Of a stretch of DNA of 64,000 bases, positions 57,545-64,000 are shown piece by piece. Within the stretch, counting starts at the first letter, position 1; each line of letters starts with the position of its first letter. The position numbers and the translations under genes are program-made. The DNA comes from Gemmatimonadales bacterium (lineage in GTDB: Bacteria; Gemmatimonadota; Gemmatimonadetes; Gemmatimonadales; GWC2-71-9). Where the stretch lies: positions 250-64,249 of the forward strand of contig JBFXAS010000004.1 of NCBI GenBank assembly GCA_050184075.1, written 5' to 3'. Below the pieces are notes generated by a model. The model made no database searches and had not been told where the DNA came from. It worked only from the letters and a program-made list of their open reading frames with translations.

Positions 57545-58963
57545 CTACTTGCGGGTCAGCACGTTGTTGCCGTACCCCGCGTCGACCCGAAGCTTCTTCC
57601 CGCCGTCGAGAAAGGTGTACTTGACGTATTCGCGGGTGAAGGTGCCATTGCCGCGATAGGTGAGGGCGACGGCGGAGTCCCGTGTCATGGGGCCCTTGAT
57701 CGCGACCGACGACCCGTCGACCAGCACGTCGAGCTCCATCCCCCGGCCGCGACCGTTGCCGACATAGGTGCCCGCCAGAGCGGCGGCATCCCCGTCATAC
57801 GCCACCGCCGGCTGCTCAGCCTTGCCGATCACGGCCTCCGCAATCGCCTCGGCGGCCTCGTCGGGGCTCGCCGGGCCGGCCGTGTTGTAGAGCACCACCA
57901 CGCTCAGCGACTCCTCCGGGAAGTAGATGTTCTCGGAGAGGAAGCCGTTGATCCCGCCGCCGTGGTGCAGCGCCTTCTTCCCGAGCCGGTCGTACACCGC
58001 GATCCCCTTCGAGTAGCCCAGGGTCGTGCCATCGGCCAGAGTCGACGGCCGGATGAACTCGGCGTAGGCCTCAGGACCCAGGAGCTTGCCGTCGCGATGG
58101 AGGGCGTTGTTCCAGGCCACCAGGTCGGTGGTCGACGAGCAGATCGACCCCGCCGCATAGGGCCAGGCGTGCGAGATCGGGGCGCGCAGGATCGGGCCCG
58201 CCGAGTCGCTGTCGTAACCCTTGACCTTGCCCTTCATGATCTTCTTCTCGCTGCAGTAGTGCGAATCATGCATGCCGGCGGGCTTGAAGAGATGCTCCTC
58301 GAGGTAGTCCTCGTAGCTCATCCCGCTCGCCTTCTCGATCACCAGACCGGCCAGGAAGAAGGCGGAGTTGTTGTAGATCTCCTCCTCGCCCGGCTCGAAG
58401 TCCCACTGCTCGGCCATGAACATCTGCACGATCGAGTCCTTGGGCACCGCCCGGTGGAAGAGCGGCCGGGCGGCCGGCATCTCGGTGTACCCCTTGATGC
58501 CCGAGGTGTGGTCGAGGAGCTGGCGCACCGAGACCTTGCGACCCTTCATCTGCAGGTTGGGCAGATAGGTGGTGACGTCGGCGTCCAGGTCGACCTTGCC
58601 GCGTTCGACCAGCTGCATGATCGCCACGCCGGTGAACTGCTTGGTCACCGACCCGATCTCGTAGACGGCGTGGGGCGGCGTGGGCGTCCCGAGCTCGGCG
58701 TCGGCGTAGCCGAAACGGCGCAGCGCGAGCGTGTCGTCGCCGCGGACCACGGCCACGGAGCCGCCGATCAGCTTGCCTTCGCGGATCGGCGTCTGGACGA
58801 TCGAGTCGACCGCGGCGATCACCGCGCTCGACGAGCCGCTGCCGGTGACGCCGTCGCTCGTCGCCGCGGCACCGGATCCGGCGCCGGTGCCAGTGCCGGC
58901 GGCGCCGCCCGCGCAGGCACCGAGAACGAGGGAAGCCGCCAGCCAAGCAGGGATGCGATTCAT
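57545..58963 (-). CDS. Serine hydrolase, beta-lactamase/AmpC (S12) family lipoprotein
   Basis: LGAC lipobox; SVTK (SxxK), LLDHTSG, YNN, HGGGING. Confidence 0.92.
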   Translation of the reverse strand: MNRIPAWLAASLVLGACAGGAAGTGTGAGSGAAATSDGVTGSGSSSAVIAAVDSIVQTPIREGKLIGGSVAVVRGDDTLALRRFGYADAELGTPTPPHAVYEIGSVTKQFTGVAIMQLVERGKVDLDADVTTYLPNLQMKGRKVSVRQLLDHTSGIKGYTEMPAARPLFHRAVPKDSIVQMFMAEQWDFEPGEEEIYNNSAFFLAGLVIEKASGMSYEDYLEEHLFKPAGMHDSHYCSEKKIMKGKVKGYDSDSAGPILRAPISHAWPYAAGSICSSTTDLVAWNNALHRDGKLLGPEAYAEFIRPSTLADGTTLGYSKGIAVYDRLGKKALHHGGGINGFLSENIYFPEESLSVVVLYNTAGPASPDEAAEAIAEAVIGKAEQPAVAYDGDAAALAGTYVGNGRGRGMELDVLVDGSSVAIKGPMTRDSAVALTYRGNGTFTREYVKYTFLDGGKKLRVDAGYGNNVLTRK

Positions 58964-58988
58964 GAAAACCTCGTTGGGGGAATGACGA

Positions 58989-59486
58989 TCAGCCGTCGAA
59001 GCGGTAGGCCATGGCGTCGAGCCCGTGGAACTTCCGGAGCAGCGACAGCTGGCCGATGTGATACGATTCGTGCTGCAGGAGAAAGGCGATCCCGCCGATC
59101 ACCGTCGGAGGGACGCCGGGAAACTTCTGGGTCGATGGCGCCGTGAGATCGGCCTCGCCGAGCCACACCAGCCGACCCTCGAGCCGCTCGCTCACACCAT
59201 CCCATTCGTCGCGGATCTCCGGGACCGTGGGCAGCTCGCCGACCGTCTCGATCGAGTTGCCGTACTCGAGCGCCCCGTCGAAGGGCTTCGGCTCGTCCGT
59301 GAGCCCCAGGTACCGGGCCATCCAGGCCCGAGTGCCCACCAGGTGCGCGGCGATGAAGGAGATGCTGTTGGTGCGATCGTTCGGCCGGGCCCGAGCGAGC
59401 TCCTCGCCGACCCCGTCGAGGCAGTTCTCGAAGAGGCGGGTGTTCATGGCATAAACCATCGCGAGCGGGGCCAGAGTCGGATGCAT
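58989..59486 (-). CDS. DinB family protein
   Basis: NSI..IAAHL and HESYHIGQ His triad. Confidence 0.9.
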   Translation of the reverse strand: MHPTLAPLAMVYAMNTRLFENCLDGVGEELARARPNDRTNSISFIAAHLVGTRAWMARYLGLTDEPKPFDGALEYGNSIETVGELPTVPEIRDEWDGVSERLEGRLVWLGEADLTAPSTQKFPGVPPTVIGGIAFLLQHESYHIGQLSLLRKFHGLDAMAYRFDG

Positions 59487-59547
59487 GGTATTCGATAATG
59501 TATGCAAATCCAGCGCGCTGGCCAGGACGACCCCCTGGCGGGCCGGC

Positions 59548-61362
59548 TCAAGGCGAGCGCAGCACCGGCAGGATGAGGGCGGACGCCTCGCTGCCGCCGA
59601 AATGGACGGCGTTCCGGGCCACGAAGAAGTCGCTCTCGTCGAAGATGTTGCCGCCGGTGTTGGTGTTCCGCTCGTACTGCGGGAAGTTGCTGCTCGTCAG
59701 GTAGAGGCGGATCCGGTGTCCGGGCCGGAAACGGTAGCCGGTCGACTTGAGGTTGACCACGACCCGGTAGGTCTGCCCCGGCTCCATCAGGGCCGGCTGG
59801 GTGAGCCCGTCGCGGTAACGGACCCGGGCCACGCCGTCGACCACGTTCCAGGCCCGACCGTCGGGATCGACGTCGATCAGCTTGGCGGTAAAGTCGGTGT
59901 CGACCGCGTCGGAGCTCACGAAGAGCTCGACCCGGACCGGGCCGGCGATGGTGAGCCCCGCCGGCAGGGCGGCGCCGGTGTACACCAGCAGGTCCGGCCG
60001 CCCCTCGTTGGCCGACTGGTCGAAGATGCCGGGTTGATCCTCCGGGTTCCCGGTGCAACAGATGGTCCCGCCGCGCGAGGGGAAGGGGTCGCCGGGATCG
60101 TAGCTCAGGGTGTCGCGGCCCGCGGCCTGGGGGCGAGTGGTCGCCAGGAGACCGTCCCCCGAGGCGGTGTTGGCGCCCCGGGTGCTGGAGAGATAGAACG
60201 GAACCGTCCGGATCTCGGGCACCGGCCAGCTCCGAGCGGTGTGCCAGCCGTCGTGCATCACGTAGTACTGCACCTTGGGACGGTCCAGCACCCGGTTGTC
60301 GATTCCCTTGAGCCAGTGGTCGAACCAGTCCCGGTAGATCCGCCAGTACTCCAGCCGCGCGTCCCCGACGTCGAGCTCGCCGACCACGGTGTGCTCGGTG
60401 GCGCCCTCGGAGCCGCAGTGGGTGGTGGGCGAGATGATGACGAACTGATTCTCCCGGGCGCTGCGACCGACCCCGTTCTTGGCGAACAGCTCGAACAGGT
60501 AGAGGGTCTGCTCGGCGCCGTAGTCGAGCCAGGAGTTCACGTGGAGCGCCGGCACGTCGAACCGGGTGGTGTCGGACGCGTATCCCTGCGTGCTCCAGTA
60601 ATCGCTGCCCGGCCGATTGCGCACGAAGTCTTCGAAGTCGGTCCGGGGCCCACCGACCCGCTCGATCATCTCGACAACCGGCAGGTGGCGAAGCGCGGCG
60701 GCGTAGTCAACGTCGGCCGGCGGACGGGCGCCCTTGTCCTTGGCGCCGGCGTTCAGGAACCAGCCGAAGGCGGAGCTCAGGGAGTAGACGCCGCTCTCGT
60801 ACGCGCCGAAGGCCGACCAGTAGCCGCCGCCCGAGCCCAGCCCGCCCGCGGCCGCCTGCGGCACGGCGGCGAGGTGGTTGGGGTGCCGGGCGCCGGCGAG
60901 GAGCACCTGCGTCTCGCCAAGATAGGAGCAACCGTAGGTGCCGACCTTGCCGGTCGACCATGGCTGGCGCGCGGCCCACTCGATGGTGTCGAAGCCGTCT
61001 TCGCGATCGTTGGACTGCACCGTGTACTGGCCGTCGGACTCGTAGCGGCCGCGGACGTCCTGGGCGACGACCGCGTAGCCCTGACCGGCGAAGTAGCGCG
61101 CCGCGCCGTTCTCGCCCGCGAGCCCGTTCTTGTCGTAGGGCGTGCGCATCACGATGACGGGAAAGCGCCCGCCGGCGGTCGGCAGATACACGTCGGCCGC
61201 CAGCTCGACGCCGTCGCGCATCGGGACCGAGATGTTCTTCTGCACCGTGAAGCGACTGGTCGCGGGCGGGCGGGCATAGCGATCCGTCTGCGCCCGGGCG
61301 ACCAGCGGCGTGAGCGAGGCCAGGGCCGCAAGGACGACGAGTCGAGCGCCTACGCGTCGCAT
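59548..61362 (-). CDS. CocE/NonD family hydrolase (S15)
   Basis: VPMRDGVELAADVYLP, RTPY, QDVRGRYESDG, GCSYLG, GHRIRL..TSSNFP.Y.RN. Confidence 0.93.
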   Translation of the reverse strand: MRRVGARLVVLAALASLTPLVARAQTDRYARPPATSRFTVQKNISVPMRDGVELAADVYLPTAGGRFPVIVMRTPYDKNGLAGENGAARYFAGQGYAVVAQDVRGRYESDGQYTVQSNDREDGFDTIEWAARQPWSTGKVGTYGCSYLGETQVLLAGARHPNHLAAVPQAAAGGLGSGGGYWSAFGAYESGVYSLSSAFGWFLNAGAKDKGARPPADVDYAAALRHLPVVEMIERVGGPRTDFEDFVRNRPGSDYWSTQGYASDTTRFDVPALHVNSWLDYGAEQTLYLFELFAKNGVGRSARENQFVIISPTTHCGSEGATEHTVVGELDVGDARLEYWRIYRDWFDHWLKGIDNRVLDRPKVQYYVMHDGWHTARSWPVPEIRTVPFYLSSTRGANTASGDGLLATTRPQAAGRDTLSYDPGDPFPSRGGTICCTGNPEDQPGIFDQSANEGRPDLLVYTGAALPAGLTIAGPVRVELFVSSDAVDTDFTAKLIDVDPDGRAWNVVDGVARVRYRDGLTQPALMEPGQTYRVVVNLKSTGYRFRPGHRIRLYLTSSNFPQYERNTNTGGNIFDESDFFVARNAVHFGGSEASALILPVLRSP

Positions 61363-61370
61363 CTGGCCCC

Positions 61371-61877
61371 CTAGCTCAAGGCCCTGGTTTCGACCATCTG
61401 CGCGATCCGCCTCTCGAGCGACGCCTTGGAGAAGCACCAGATCCGGCCGGCGGAGGAGCCCGACCCGTCGAGTCCCACGCCCAGCAGGAAGATGTGGATC
61501 CTGCTCCACTTGTCGTCCGGCTCCACGGTCACCAGCAGGGTCAGCGCGACCTCGTAACGATCGGCGTTCGGAAGCGACCGGGTCTCGCCGCAGTCGACGA
61601 AACGGGAGAGCATCACGTCGCCCAATCGCCCGCGGACCTTCTGGTAGCAGGTGCCGATCCGGCCCGGCTCCCGGAAGTTTATCTCGAGCCCGAAGCCTTC
61701 GAGCACACCCGGGAGGACCTCCTCCACCCGGGTCGACCCGGCCGGAATGTCGAACGCCACGCCCAGGGTGTCGATGGACTGCGAGAAAGCGCGGGTGCGG
61801 TTGACCGGAAGTTGGGTCTCCATCGGAGTACCGCCGCAGCCCAGCATCACGGCGGCAACCAGCAGCGAGTCGAGCAT
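61371..61877 (-). CDS. Hypothetical lipoprotein
   Basis: GGAGG RBS, MLGC lipobox, further Cys (FVDCG, IWC). Confidence 0.7.
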   Translation of the reverse strand: MLDSLLVAAVMLGCGGTPMETQLPVNRTRAFSQSIDTLGVAFDIPAGSTRVEEVLPGVLEGFGLEINFREPGRIGTCYQKVRGRLGDVMLSRFVDCGETRSLPNADRYEVALTLLVTVEPDDKWSRIHIFLLGVGLDGSGSSAGRIWCFSKASLERRIAQMVETRALS

Positions 61878-62026
61878 CGGGCCTCCAGCGCGAATCGGTT
61901 CCCTTGAGTCTGCAGGACAATCGCGGGAAACGGAAGTCGCCGGTTATCTTCCGCGGGCCCCGACCGAGGCCCCACCCGAGAGGGTGGCCCGCCGGCCCCA
62001 CGTCTCCCACTGCACTCGGGACACCC

Positions 62027-63391
62027 ATGCGACGCACGGCCCTCGTTTCCTTGATCGCCGGCCTCACCCTGGCCGGCCCGCTGCGCGCGCAGGCCGGACC
62101 GCTGGCCGCGAAACACCGAGCGACCGCGAACCGGCTGATCGATCGGGCGCTGGCCGACAGCGCCGCCTGGAACAAACTGGCCGAGCTGACCGATCGGTTC
62201 GGCAATCGGTTGAGCGGCTCGGCGAGCCTCGAGCTCGCGATCGACTGGGTGCTGGAACGGATGCGGGCCGAGGGCTTCGAGAACGTGCGCGGCGAGCCGG
62301 TGATGGTGCCGCGCTGGGTTCGGGGCCGGGAATCGGCCGAGCTGGTGGTGCCGCGGCGGGTGGCGCTGCCGATGCTCGGTCTGGGCGGGAGCGTCGGCAC
62401 ACCGGCCGGCGGGATCACGGCGGAGGTGCTGGTCGTGACCAGCTTCGACGACCTGACCGCGCGCGCCGACGACGCTCGGGGCAAGATCGTGCTCTTCGAC
62501 GTGCCCTTCACCAGCTACGGCGCGACGGTGCGCTATCGGGGCAACGGCGCGAGCGAGGCGGCCAAGGTCGGGGCCGTGGCCGCGATGATCCGCTCGGTCG
62601 GGCCGTTCGGGATGCGCACGCCCCATACGGGCGCAATGCGCTATCAGCCGGACGTGCCGCAGATCCCCGCGTTCGCCATCACGATGGAGGACGCAGCGAT
62701 GCTCCACCGGATGCAGAATCGCGGTGAGCGCGCCTGGGTCAAGGTCGAGATGGAGGCGCGGACGCTGCCTGACGCGCTCTCCCGGAACCTGATCGGCGAG
62801 CTCGTGGGCCGCGAGCGGCCGGACGAGGTGGTCGTGATCGGCGGCCACATCGACAGCTGGGACGTCGGCACCGGCGCGATGGACGATGCCGGCGGCGTGG
62901 TGATCGCCTGGGAGGCGGTGCGGCTGATCAAGGAGCTGGGCCTGCGCCCCAGGCGGACGATTCGGGTGGTGGGCTGGACCAACGAGGAGAACGGCGGCCG
63001 CGGCGGACAGGCGTATCGCGACGCCCATCGGGCCGAGCTGGCCAAGCACGTGCTCGCGATCGAGTCCGATGGCGGGGTATTCCGACCGATCGGCTTCGGC
63101 TTCACCGGGCCGGATCCGGCCCGCCCGGTGCTCGCGGACATCATCTCGCTGCTCGGTCGGATCGGCGCCGACAGCCTGCTGCCGAGCGGTGGCGGCGCCG
63201 ACATCGGCCCGATCATGCAGGAGGGGGTGCCGGGAATGAGCCACAACGTGGACGGGGCGAAGTACTTCTGGTACCACCACACCGAGGCGGACAACGTCGA
63301 CAAGCTCGATCCGCGGGAGGTCGCGATGAACGTTGCGGCGATGGCGGTGATGGCGTATGTCGTGGCCGAGGAGGGACTCCCGGGCCGGTAA
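62027..63391 (+). CDS. Secreted M28 family peptidase (carboxypeptidase Q-like)
   Basis: FGNRLSGS, LGLGGSVGT, PHTG, GGHIDSWDVGTGAMDD, NEE, ESD, YHHTEAD. Confidence 0.93.
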   Translation: MRRTALVSLIAGLTLAGPLRAQAGPLAAKHRATANRLIDRALADSAAWNKLAELTDRFGNRLSGSASLELAIDWVLERMRAEGFENVRGEPVMVPRWVRGRESAELVVPRRVALPMLGLGGSVGTPAGGITAEVLVVTSFDDLTARADDARGKIVLFDVPFTSYGATVRYRGNGASEAAKVGAVAAMIRSVGPFGMRTPHTGAMRYQPDVPQIPAFAITMEDAAMLHRMQNRGERAWVKVEMEARTLPDALSRNLIGELVGRERPDEVVVIGGHIDSWDVGTGAMDDAGGVVIAWEAVRLIKELGLRPRRTIRVVGWTNEENGGRGGQAYRDAHRAELAKHVLAIESDGGVFRPIGFGFTGPDPARPVLADIISLLGRIGADSLLPSGGGADIGPIMQEGVPGMSHNVDGAKYFWYHHTEADNVDKLDPREVAMNVAAMAVMAYVVAEEGLPGR

Positions 63392-63428
63392 CGCCGCTAG
63401 AGAGTGAGCGCCGCCGCCGGGTGCCTGG

Positions 63429-63998
63429 TCAGCTCGGAGGCGAAGGCCCCAAGACGCGGGCCGGGCCGCCTTTCCGGACTCGGCCCGCTCGGCCAAACAG
63501 CGGCCACGACACCGATCGCGACCGCTCGGCCGGCCCCCACGTCGCTTCGAGCTCGCCGGCGAGATCGGCCACCGGGTCGCGCCCGGTCTCGCGCAGGCAG
63601 GCGCGCACCGCGGACCAGGAACCCAGGTAGCCAAGCAGGTGCCCCAGGGTCCAGTCGGCCGTCATGGCGACGCTCGGGAATTCGAGCGGCTCGAAGGGCC
63701 AGGGCAACGAGCGGTACTGGTCGTCCACCAGTCGTCGTTCGGGGGCCCACCACGGTCGCATCGCTTCCCGGTAGAACCGCGCGATCACCCGATCGACGCC
63801 CGCCTCGATCGCCAGCAGGTCGTAGCCCCAGACGGCCACGACGGCCCCCGGCCTCGCGACCCGTTCCGCCTCACGGTAGAAGCCGTCCGGGTCGAGCCAG
63901 TGCATCGCCTGGGCGACGGTGATCGCGTCGGCCCAATCGTCGGGCAGGCCGGACCGCTCGGCACGCGCGACCCGGTACTCGATCCTCGGATCGGGCCG
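63429..63998 (-). CDS. Class I SAM-dependent methyltransferase, 5' truncated by window edge
   Basis: RIEY..ARAE...DAITVAQAMHW...FYREAERVARPG; frame open to the edge. Confidence 0.88.
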   Translation of the reverse strand, partial: RPDPRIEYRVARAERSGLPDDWADAITVAQAMHWLDPDGFYREAERVARPGAVVAVWGYDLLAIEAGVDRVIARFYREAMRPWWAPERRLVDDQYRSLPWPFEPLEFPSVAMTADWTLGHLLGYLGSWSAVRACLRETGRDPVADLAGELEATWGPAERSRSVSWPLFGRAGRVRKGGPARVLGPSPPS

Positions 63999-64000
63999 GG

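Noticed and set aside
57545-58963. Antibiotic-resistance calls (beta-lactamase; also Vgb at 39192-40760, TerB and MacAB)
   Set aside because: Only broad family motifs are visible. These families are mostly non-resistance enzymes, and there is no mobile context.
61972-61989. ccaccc-GAGA-gggtgg GNRA hairpin in the leader of the M28 gene as a riboswitch
   Set aside because: A single short hairpin with no recognisable aptamer consensus.

Overview
This 64-kb window is dense, very GC-rich bacterial chromosomal DNA with about 63 real CDSs. The gene content suggests Gemmatimonadota or a similar lineage (inference). I saw no rRNA, tRNA, CRISPR array, transposase or integrase. The main blocks are: (i) an ECF sigma / anti-sigma / Spy-like / TolC-MacAB-type exporter / FabH operon (9.1-2.0 kb, minus); (ii) a housekeeping and repair run (M42 and M28 peptidases, GAF, HDAC-like, PolX-PHP, Nth, cyclophilin, HD protein, cardiolipin synthase); (iii) a TetR gene divergent from a second ECF sigma / anti-sigma / two HEAT-repeat proteins, followed by an S41 protease; (iv) an 8-gene, 14-kb uncharacterised MoxR-VWA envelope operon that includes a TPR gluzincin and a caspase-fold protein whose catalytic Cys appears to be Ser, followed by a heme-c beta-propeller protein; (v) many secreted peptidases and hydrolases. 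The best lead is an exact ECF-type promoter motif, AAC-N17-CGTA. It lies in the correct orientation upstream of five transcription units, including ECF sigma 1 itself, the MoxR operon, the heme-c propeller and the S41 protease. This points to a candidate envelope quality-control regulon. All family calls come from reading motifs, not from database searches. Many start codons were trimmed relative to the supplied ORF track.
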